A DNA stretch of 64,000 bases from Lingula anatina (taxonomy: Eukaryota; Animalia; Brachiopoda): the NCBI GenBank assembly GCA_051362555.1, contig CM120640.1, positions 68,178,788 to 68,242,787 on the forward strand. The letters are read 5' to 3'. A program made the translations under genes and the position numbers. Below are positions 25,401-35,575 of this stretch, in pieces. The notes beneath the pieces are model-generated. The model did no database searches, had not been told where the DNA came from, and was given only the letters and a program-made list of their open reading frames with translations. Within the stretch, counting starts at the first letter, position 1; every line of letters starts with the position of its first letter.

Positions 25401-28062
25401 TTTATATTATACAGAACTAGAAGAAGAACTCGGTCACCAAGAAGGAGAAGATCACGCTCCAGACATAGGTCCAGGTCGAGATCAAAGTAGGTTTAATTTT
25501 TCAGTAAGGGGTAAATAATATTAAAGATACGGATATTGTTTAGTTTTCCCTTACATTGTTCGATTTTATTAGATATTTGTTGTTTTAATATTTGATAAGA
25601 TGCAACAATTTATTAACTAAAGTTCTAGTAAGTTTAAACTTTTGGTATGTCATTTTTATTCTAGAGACAGGAAAAGAAGAGAAGATAAAGATAGGAAAAG
25701 GGACAGGTCCCGTACAAGAAGAAGCCGTCGCTCTAGGAGTGGTAGCAGGTAACTTGGCTATGCAAATAGTTGTTTTTTATACACTTTAACTGGAGAGATT
25801 TGAGAAATGGCATTTTGTCTCCTGATTTATAAGGCATTGTTTTTTATGCTATTAAATCCTTACTGTAACATTTTTATTGCCAATTGTTTGTTATACACTT
25901 GGTCATTCAAACAGCAATTGCAACCTTTTGACTTTCCTTACTGTTAATGGTATTATCAGATATTATTCTATTCTGTTAGAGAATAATATAAAGTTAAATG
26001 GTGTTTTATTATAATTTAATGTATTGACCTCAAGGTACACTATAAGATAGGATTATTATCAGTAATAATGATAGAAAGCTGAGTTATAGTTTTTTATGCT
26101 CGTTCTTCAAATCTGGTAACTCAGCTTGTTAAAATATATTATAGTTATATGCCACTTTTTTTTCACTGATATAAGGTTGTGTTTATTTTAATTTTTAATT
26201 TTATTATTATTTTATGGTGTTAATTTTTTTTAGTTTTATGGATTCTGATTTTGATAAGATTTTTCTAGGATGCCTTATTTGAAATGTGCAAAAAATTGAA
26301 AATGTGCTTTTTTGCATTTTTTTCCTCTTATATTTTGTTTTGAATAGTTTTACTAAATAGTGGACGTTATTATGTTAGATTTGACTAAAAATTAATGTAT
26401 TTTCAACTCAACAGGAAAGAGCCACCACCAGTCACTGACATGCGGTAATGCTCTAATTTAACCAAGTTGTAGCATTGTCTTACAGGGCTGTATTTTGAAA
26501 ATATTGTAATTGTACCTAGTGCATCACTATTTTACAATGAGATACATTTATATCAGACACTTGAAAAAAATGTTTGAAAAGAAAAGATAGAACCACAGGT
26601 GAAGTCACAATATTTTCCAACAATGCAGCCTTAGCAGTAATGTTTATGAAATAGTCATAAAAGGCAATGTATTACTGTAAATGCCAGAATGACGGTAAAC
26701 TTGCCAATATGTACTCACATATTAAGTAACAATTCCCAGTTGTAATATGTGTGAAATGTGCAGTGCAGGTTTGGAATACCACGATCCAAAATCAAGATAT
26801 CTTGGTAAATTTTAATTCAGGAAATGGGAGGTCTTGTTGAAAAATGTATTTTTAGATGGTTTATAGTCTTTCCAAGCACACTGTTTGAAGTGGTGTTTTG
26901 AACTTGCACCATATTTGAATAAATTTTATTTTGCATTAGATTAAATTGACAATCAAACTGTATCTTCTTATTCAGAGAGCGCAGACGCAGCAGATCTCGC
27001 TCAAGACATCGTCGTCGCTCACGCTCGCCTGCCAAAAAGTCATCAAGGAGTCCTTCTCCCCCAAAGATAGAGAGAATTAGATCCTTGTCACCTAAGAGAA
27101 AAGGCAGCTCCAGATCTCCCTCTCCACTCAAAAAGTAAGTGTTATCCAGCAGTGAGCAGCGTTAAGAATATAACAAAAGCTGACATCTGCTCTTCTAACA
27201 TGTGCAGTAGTTATGTACTGATGAAATTGTGTTTGTAATTTACAATTTATTTTGGTGATTTTTGTCCCTTCGTTTCTCTCCCCCCCCCCCCCCCCCCCCC
27301 CCCCTGTATAAAAAAGGGAGTGGACAGAAGGAAAATATAGCAGTTAATTTCTTATCACTTCAGTTGTACATGTCATCCAGAGTAACTTTGGTTTGTAATG
27401 TCAAACATATTGCCTCCTCAAATATGAAAATTCCTTTTCTAAAATTCAGATCCAAGTCTAGGCGTTCCAAATCCAGAAGTCGATCTCCCAAAAAATCATC
27501 TTCATCTAGGTAAGCATGCGAAAGACAATATTTTTAGATCAATAAATTCTAAATTACACAACAAAGATATGAATCTTTCAGTACAAGTTTTTGATTTTCT
27601 CCATTTCTTATTTAAAAACATCAAGCATTTATTATAATTATTATTATTATCAAAATTTGTGATACATTTGATAGTGATGGCACTGATGCATTGTACTTCA
27701 GGCACAAGAAGGAAAAGAGGAGGGATAGGGATCGTGATAGTAGGGAGCGTGAAGGCAAGAGTAAGAAGAAGAAAGACAAGGATAGGGACAGGGACAGAGA
27801 CAGGGATCGTGAACATGGTGAGGACAGGAAGAGTAGCGAACAGAAGGAGGTCAAAATCAAACGCGACTATGACGAGGAGGAGAAGGGCTACGACAGTGAT
27901 AAAAGCGAGGACCGTAAGGAGGCCCAACCCGAGGAAAGTAAACCACCAGAGGCTGAGGCAGAGAGCGCCAGCAGTAGCAGTGAAGATGAAGAGAGGGAAA
28001 AGTCCAAACCAGCTCCATCAGATGACTTGCAAGAGATGGACATGGATGTTGACAGCGACTGA
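22408..28062 (+). CDS. SREK1: SR-related splicing factor SREK1/SRSF11 (Srp54/rsp-7 family): two RRMs, RS domain and E/K/D-rich tail
   Basis: Exons 22408-22547, 22939-23072, 23329-23438, 23729-23884, 24174-24349, 24529-24656, 25118-25253, 25415-25486, 25665-25748, 26976-27134, 27450-27509, 27702-28062. Motifs KVIQVSNL..EQIRTLFGYLGRIDE, HLTNTVFIDRALVIVP, DPHKVEEIRRTIY, GEVKYVRMAGDE..AFVEF, MEEAMKKVKEAQSLI, RS repeats and KIKRDYDEEEKGYDS. Confidence 0.93.
24755..24933. mobile_element. Decayed foldback MITE / long hairpin in an SREK1 intron
   Basis: Core hairpin 24810-24871 (tgtgcctgaatgtgacaccttggaaa / tttcctagttgtcacatttgggcaca) and outer arms caagagtgatacactac / atagtgtatggctcttg. Confidence 0.6.
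26415..26444 (+). CDS. SREK1: Candidate 30-nt in-frame cassette exon in the SREK1 RS domain (KEPPPVTDMR)
   Basis: tttcaactcaacag|GAAAGAGCCACCACCAGTCACTGACATGCG|gtaatg; phase 2/2 like the flanking exons, no stop codon. Confidence 0.55.
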
Positions 28063-29172
28063 AATGTCAGTTGTAAAGAATTGGGAAGGTATAGATGGAT
28101 ATGAAATGTCGCTATCATTTGTTGGCAAGAGTTACGCAAACAAGAGGCGTGTCTCTCATTTCCCGGATTGACTTCCCTTTGAAAGTCTGCTCTTCTGAAG
28201 AATCATGCAAAGTTTTACTACATGCAGGTAGTTGTCTGCAAAACACTTGTACACGCTTTAGATGAGGAACGCTGTGTTCTGTGCAGTGAAGTACTGTAGT
28301 CCAGTTCCGTTCGCGTGTTACAAACCAGTGGACATGACATACGAGGTGGTAGCTGTTTTAAGTTGTGTTAGTCATTCAAATTATCTTGGCTGCTGACATT
28401 CCCAGGATTAGAAATAAATAGAGGAGCTGACTGTATCAAATAGTACAACCAAGAGCCAAGTCTGATATAATAGACAATAATATGGTGGATTACTATTTTA
28501 TATGCATAGGCAAAGTATTGTTGTTACTTCATTTGTTTCTTATGACCAAGATAACGAAGAACAGGACTGTAATGATACCAATTAGTTTGGCATGTACTCT
28601 ATTTTTTATTTCATCAAGAAACATATAAATGTTTAAAATGTAATGTTCAAATTGTGCAGTTTATCGTGCGAAAGAGGACAAGTAGTCCAAGTGTAGGAAA
28701 CGTTTCAGCAAACACAATAAAGAAATACAATTTACCTTACTTAAATGTAAGGAATCCATAAGTTGATCACATGGATATGAATAAAAACGGTTCATTAAAA
28801 ACTAATGCATACAATGAGACACGCAACTTGGGGGGGGGGGGGGGGGGGTTAAGAAATCTGAGACCCCCCAAGTTCATTGCTTCTATTCAATTTCCATATC
28901 GTTTGATTGTGGATCGTGTGTTTTTCACTAGTACATTAAAGGGTGATATCTAATATGATTTTAATTAAATTCAATTTCAAACTTCATAACTGTTCTGGTA
29001 ATCTTCCATATTATTTCAGTAACATTATTTAAATTTATTTGGAAAGCAAAGGAAAATGAACTGTCTCGGCCAATCTTTCATACAAACAAGTCACCATGTA
29101 AAAAAAATGGCAAAACAAACAGAACATGGATTAGTTCGGCGAAGTCTGTTATGAGGACAGGTTATGTGGCAA

Positions 29173-30003
29173 TTACGTCTTAAGACATGGTCTTCTGCTT
29201 AACAGCAAAGTAACCGGTAGCGTGACGCGTAGCTGGGTATCCAAAGTGGCATTCCCGCCCAGTGTTTGCAGTATGTCTCTTTGCAGCGTCTCCAGAATTT
29301 CCCCGTTGGAATATTTCTTAACATAAATTACGTAAGGGCTCATGGATCTGAAAAATCCAATGATATTTTCAACTTTCATGTCGTGTTCCAAGGTAATTGT
29401 CTCATCCCTTAGATGGTCTTCCAGTGGTGGTCTACAGGCAAATATTTCATCCGGGTACCTGTTGTAGACGTGTTTCATCCTTTCGTCACAACAAGAAGCC
29501 TCCCAGAGCTTTTCTTCGTAGAGTGTCACATACTTGGTCAATTGGTTTCCATGTAGATTAGAGTCTAAAATGGGTGTGCTATGTGTCGCCAAAACTACAC
29601 AGCCGTTCGGTTTTAGCACCCGGCAAGCTTCAGCATAAAACTTGTCCATGTCAATCCAGTGTGCAGCTTGAACACAGGTAACTAGCTCCACAGACTGGTC
29701 AGCTATTGGAAAACATTCGCCTGAACCCGTTTTGTATGTAATGTTCTTTCTGTGCTTCCCTTTGCTTGCTTCTGAAATCTGATTAGCGCTGATGTCTATA
29801 CCCGTCACATGTTTAAAGTGAGGGGCCAGAAGCTGTGTAAACTGACCTGAGCCACAACCGACATCTATGGCATGGTCATATGGTGTTGGTAACTTCTCCT
29901 GGAGATATGTTAAAACCCTATCTGTGATGTCCGTTGTCCAGAAAGACCGGAATTTAGCGTAGGTGGCTGTATGGTCAGCACTTTCGAATAACCTGCAAGC
30001 CAT
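29173..30003 (-). CDS. Class I SAM-dependent methyltransferase (Methyltransf_11; DDB_G0268948/Tmt1-Crg1-like), intronless, 276 aa
   Basis: Intact ORF with N-terminal RLFESADHTATYAKFR, motif I AIDVGCGSGQ, VTGIDISANQI, SVELVTCVQAAHWID and RVLKPNG. Confidence 0.93.
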   Translation of the reverse strand: MACRLFESADHTATYAKFRSFWTTDITDRVLTYLQEKLPTPYDHAIDVGCGSGQFTQLLAPHFKHVTGIDISANQISEASKGKHRKNITYKTGSGECFPIADQSVELVTCVQAAHWIDMDKFYAEACRVLKPNGCVVLATHSTPILDSNLHGNQLTKYVTLYEEKLWEASCCDERMKHVYNRYPDEIFACRPPLEDHLRDETITLEHDMKVENIIGFFRSMSPYVIYVKKYSNGEILETLQRDILQTLGGNATLDTQLRVTLPVTLLLSRRPCLKT

Positions 30004-32724
30004 ACTATAACGTGCGCGTTCTATAGATTCCGATTTTCGCTGTGTGCACCAATGACCTAGATTTGAAGAAAGATAACCTCTGTAAGGTGTAACTTTGTCA
30101 CGGTGTACCGTATGTCCTCCGTAAGAGGGCAGTAAATGGGGTACATGTCAACTTTGCTTTGGCCCAAAATCATTATGTCGAGTATTTGCGTGCCACTGCT
30201 TTCTGTCATTTATCTGACATTCAAAATATAGAAATCTAGAATTTCTCGATGAAAATTGTTTTCAATTTAATGATTTTGCCAGTGATTAAATAAACGTAAA
30301 ATGCGAAGGCTGCGTTTATTTAAAAGTAACTATAAGAATGACAAAGAGGAACCATCCTTAAGCCACAAAACCTTAAAGGTACACTTGAACCGAGCATTGG
30401 TGGTGCGTGGATTCTTAGTAACGCATAACCAGTAACTACTACTAGTTTCTTATACGATTAAAATGAAGTCGACATGCTAATTGGTAAACCGAATTAATCA
30501 CTCGATCATCCATAAAAGAACTTTATACTGCACTTTCTTCAAAATATCCCTTCATTTTTCGAGTAATATGAAAAGATGTCATTTGGTATTCGAAACAATA
30601 CGGTAGTATTTAGTAGGCTTTTGTGGAAAAGTTGACTTCAAATTCTTCTTTAATTTATTGTTGGGCAATTAAGGGGTAGGGTAATAAAAAGTGAGTTGCC
30701 CCCCCCCCCCCCAGGGTTTCCAAGTCGAATCTTTTGACTTGGTTTTCTTAATCCCTAAAAGCATTACATGTTAATCGTCTGCCATACAAGCGATATATTC
30801 AGTGATAAAAGAAAAACATGGATGAACTTGCTGGTATTTTATGTTCTTTCAATTTTATAAATTATATTTTGCGTCGGTCTGTGACTCAAGACATAGTTGG
30901 CAGATAACCGTCGCAAGAAAGCAGAATGTCTCGTTTAAATAGCTGATAAGGTCTGAGCCAAACCTTTCAGGAAAATTTTATGATGCTATTTTCTAGTCCT
31001 TTTCATAGTTACAGTGTACCGTAAATATTTTTGAAAAGCGGTTTCTGTAAAACAATGATACCTAAAGAGATCTGGTTTTACACAAATTACATCTATAAGT
31101 TATGCGTATTCATATGTTGTTATTACCCCGTAAGGTGAAGTAATTTTGGTTCATTCTTTCGAATCCACAAGCTCCCTCTTCAATATGTCGCTACCTGTTA
31201 AAAGACATTTTGCTGATTAGATATGCGTCCCTTCTTTCTTCCAAACGCAAATCTGTTAAAATGGTATTGACAGCATATTGCAAGATAAGAAATGAACCTT
31301 ACTTTTATTAGGTAACGGTGACTGCCCTTGAAACAGAATAAGCTTCTAATCTGGCACTTGGCTCGAATTTTTCCCTTGACTTTTTTGGAACAAAGAAATG
31401 TATGGCGAAAAAATAAATTATGTTGCAACCTTTGTTAAACTGTATATGCTGCCTGGACAAGAAAGGGTCTTGCACCTGTGAATGTCCATTAAGGACTAAT
31501 CAGACGCGGTCCAAAAAAAGGCTCGCTCTCTTCCTCTCTCTCCTAGATTTGTTTGATCAGGGAATTATATCCGATATAATTCCCTGGTTTGATGGACATT
31601 CACAGGTGTAAGAACACAACCGAGCCTCTCTTATCAAGGTAATAGCGTATATACGCCTTTACTTGGACAATATTGCAACCTAATTAATTTTTTCACTAAA
31701 CATTTCCTTGAAATCTCCTTAACAACTTACCTTTAGTTCCAAATAATCCCTGCACGAGAAACATGAAATATTCTTATGCAGTGTCAGTTAAAAAGTGCTT
31801 TGGTTCTTCCTTATTGTACTACTTACAAGTCGCCCGGTAATTTCTACAATTTGGAGTAATTCTTCGTTTGTCTTGTGCGTGTGGTATTTTAACCATTTAT
31901 CTGTAGCACCACATTTCAACTGCATTTAGTTTATTTTTCTTTCTTTTCTTTCACTATGTGTTTACTTAAAATGTTAAATTATTTCATCTCTTGCCAGAAT
32001 TTTAAACTAAATACACATAATAACCAAAACCAAATCACATAACGTATGCTCAGACCGTGTCCTGGTCTGTTCCTACACTGGGTCTGCAGATAAATATATA
32101 TTTGTTCATGGCTGTATTTTTTAATGAAACATTTTGCACAATCTCCATAAAACATTTTATTTCTTCAAGAGAGGATCGAACACAGACAATGTTGGCGGTA
32201 TCTAAATGTTTTTCATTGGGTACGTGTAGTAGTAAGTACACGGTATATTACGACGACTAGTATAATATACATAAATATAACAGTTGGTATGCCCCCATAA
32301 ATATTTGGTTAACGGTTTCTGTATGTAAATGATTTCTGTAGTTTGACGTTACAGAGCTTTCATTTAAAATGATTGGAAAGATCACAAGGATTTGTTAGAG
32401 AAAATCGATCTAGTATCCGGCTTTATTTAATATTATATGTAATGGTAGGTAATACAGACGGTAGGTATTTGAAATCTCGCGAGTCTGGCTGACGATTAAT
32501 AATATATATTATCATCGTTTGAAAAAGTTCCTATTTTATGTTATATACATCCTAAGCTTCTGAAGCGTACAGGAAAACGTGGAGGACTAAATACCGGGCC
32601 ATGCAATCATTTAGAACTAAATTAGTTCATTACAAATTTTCGCCTACTCACCGATTCGTGAGTAGGCGAAAATTACTTTTTTCAAGGAAATGTGATTTGA
32701 GGGAAAATCCAGTATTGGATACCT

Positions 32725-33559
32725 TTAACTTCCAGGCTTTCTGCCAAATAAAATGAATGCTGGGAATGTGACACGTACAACAGTATCTAAGTTGGCATCC
32801 TGTCCCAACGTTTTTAGCATGTTTCTCTGCAAGGTCTCCAATATGTCACTGCTGGAATATTTCTTAACATATCTGACATAACTGCTGCTGGAACTTGCAT
32901 ATCCAACGACTTCCTTCACCGTCATGTCATGTACCATGGCCATTGTGTCGTCCCTGAGATGATCTTTCAGTGGTGGTCTACAGGCAAATATTTCATCCGG
33001 GTACCTGTTGGAGAGATGGTTTATCCTGTTTAACATTTCATCGCAGCAAGATTTTCGCCAAAGGTTGTCATAATAATTCCCAAGAAGTTTTATCAAGAAT
33101 TTTGCTGGTGAATGTGCGCCGAATTCTGGTATGGTATATGAAATCAGTGCCACGCACCCGTTCGGTTTTAGCACCCGGTAAGCTTCAGCATAGAACTTGT
33201 CCATATCAATCCAGTGGGCTGCCTGAACACATACTAGCTCCACAGACTGGTCAGCTATTGGAAAACATTCGCCTGAACCCGTTTTGTATGTGATATTCTT
33301 TCTCTGATTCCCTTTGATCGCTTCTGAAATCTGATTAGCGCTGATGTCTATACCCGTCACTTGTTAAAAGTGAGGGGCCAGAAGCTGTGTAAACTGACCT
33401 GAGCCACAACCGTTGATGTTCTATGGCATGGTCATATGGTGCTGGATACTTCTCCTGAAGATATGTTAAAACCCTATCCGTGATGTCCGCTGTCCATACA
33501 GACCGGAATTTAGCTTACACAGAGGAATGCTCTGCACCCTCGAATAGTCTGAATGCCAT
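32725..33559 (-). pseudogene. Methyltransferase paralogue, disabled
   Basis: Colinear with 29173-30003. ATG at 33559, TAA at codon 15 (33515-33517, Tyr in the intact copy) and a net +4 insertion destroying the DVGCG motif (~33410-33421); the downstream 211 codons are open. Confidence 0.85.
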
Positions 33560-33683
33560 TAGATATATTTATATCAGTAAACGAGTCTACATGTGCACCT
33601 TGCTGTTTAATAATGAGATATGCACACAAAATGATTTAGGTTACAAACAGACTTGGACAAAATCGTACGTGTTTTGAATAATA

Positions 33684-34109
33684 CAGGGGAGTGGAAATAA
33701 ATTGCACCATATCTGTGAATATCGCGCTTTGTGACATGGGCGAAACGTTTGTAAAAAGTTGTTCGCAGTTTATTGCTCGTCTGACAGATTTTAGCCATGT
33801 GAATTATAAAGGTTGCAAAAGAATGTGTAACGCCTTTCTGGCTGTCAATTTTCTACCATGTTGAAGGAACGGGAGCTTACAAATGAAGGAAGAAAAGAAA
33901 TTATTTTATTGAGGGAGGAGGGTTTTCATGTTCCCCAGATACCTGCCCGATATGGTGTGTCTGGTCAGCGCGTATACAGGGTTTACAGAAGGATGGTGAG
34001 CACTGGTGGTATCCTTAAGTCAACAAAAAGTGGCCACCCGAAGAATACTAGTGCCAGAGGCGACAGGCGTCTTCATGCTGCCAAGGTCGTTTCTGTAAAT
34101 CTTCTTTAG
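33684..34109 (+). mobile_element. Tc1-like transposon 5' fragment (TIR and N-terminal HTH of the transposase)
   Basis: TA followed by caggggagtggaaataaattgcacca. ORF 33858-34109 has a Tc1 PAI-HTH pattern (RELT..RKEIILLREEG..QI..RYGVS..VYRV), a GRPK-like SGHPKNTS and RGDRRL; truncated before the DDE domain. Confidence 0.75.
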
Positions 34110-34358
34110 TAAATATGCTATTGAGCACGAAGCAAAAATGCGTCATACACCACTGCGTCATAAGGCGAAGTTTTAAAAACAGGAGGAGATAAAAAGTTTA
34201 CGACCAAAAATTTGAAGAAGTTGTAGCTTTAAACAAATTATGGCTGATCGAGTGATTCATTTGATTTATTGACTTTATTGAGTCGTGTAAGAAACAAATA
34301 GATTTTTCCCTTTTACATGAAATCTACGCCTGCTACATATGTAACTTTAAGTTACTGA

Positions 34359-34553
34359 GTGAGGGGCCAGAAGCTGTGCGAACTGACCTGAGCCACAACC
34401 GACATTTATGACATGGTCATATGGTGCTGGCAACTTCTCCTGGAGATATGTTAAAACCCTATCTGAGATGTCCGCTGTCCATACAGACCGGAATTTAGCG
34501 TGCACAGGGGTGTTTCATGCACCTTCATATAGTCTGAACAGTGTGAATGCCAT
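34359..34553 (-). pseudogene. Third, 5'-only fragment of the methyltransferase
   Basis: Matches roughly the first 62 codons of the other two copies (gaccggaatttagc, atatgttaaaaccctatc, actgacctgagccacaacc, gtgaggggccagaagctg), with indels; stops abruptly at ~34359. Confidence 0.85.
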
Positions 34554-34672
34554 ATTAGTACACTTTGCTGTTTTGCGGTTTTTGTAATATGGGCTGTGTG
34601 CACTCAAAATGTAACAGTCAGAGTTACACAATTCTTCTAAGACCTGCCTTTATGTTTTGGAGGATAGATGAA

Positions 34673-35146
34673 TCATCACCATCATTCCTCTTCGTTCCGT
34701 GTGGGACATAAGGCCACTGCGGACATTCCATACCCCAACACGAAGGATAGATTTGGGCCCCAGTGCATCCGACTACGGTCGCCTGACTACCGGAGGTTGG
34801 CTTACAACAGAAGTGGTCATAGTGTCATGGTCTCGACTCGACTCGAATACACTGGGATCCTAGTTGAAGTAGAAGTTTCTGTGTTTTTTTAACAATTATT
34901 TGAACCGGGAAGGTTGTTGGCCCCTCGCGGTAGGTTAATATCAGGGTTTTCCTCCCCTTAGCCAGAGCCTCGTTAGCCTGGGCCCGCTAGGACCTAGTTT
35001 CCAGGGTGAACCGCGGGGAGGAGAGGTTGACTTGAGTGATCTACGGGTCACCGGCAAGCTACTTAATTTCACCTTTCGCCCTTATGGACTAGCCGGCTTT
35101 AACATACATGTAACTGGATGTGAAGCCAGGCGCCTGAACACCCCCA
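34673..35146 (-). mobile_element. Internally deleted (bipartite) RTE-clade non-LTR retroposon
   Basis: Minus strand: GC-rich 5' UTR, then LGPKSILRVGVWNVRS (RTE APE-endonuclease start) fused to a 3' end reading ALCPTRNEEE* and a (tga)n-like tail. Imperfect TSD gatagatgaatc (34663) / gatagataaaatc (35147). Confidence 0.75.
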
Positions 35147-35575
35147 GATAGATAAAATCTTCAGTCCGAATTCCCTGGCATTTACATAAATGTAATTTTA
35201 CCGATGAAGTAACCTTTGATTTGGGAGAAATAGCAAAATCGTATTTTATATCTCTCCTTACCTACACACCCACAAACACCGCCTCAACGTCATTTTTATG
35301 ACACTATTGAATAATTCAAATCCGTGCCAGCGATAAGTCTAAAAAGCCTTGGTTCCGATTTTTATCACTAATAAAGAAAAATAATCCCTCTTTTTAATGA
35401 AAAATTGTAATAATGGAGTTTAATTCCATGACAAAATATTTAAAGCACATTGACGGCACGGGGTTGTATTCCATGCCACCCAGGGATAAAATCATATTCA
35501 GTTAGAAGTTAGTTATCAAGTAATTTCTGTAAACCTGATCAGCTGAAAACTTTAGATTTGAATTGCAAGAAATTA

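Noticed and set aside
27659-28171. 170-aa alternative-frame ORF and antisense ORFs over the last SREK1 exon
   Set aside because: Explained by purine-rich low-complexity coding sequence; splice phase supports the frame ending at 28062.
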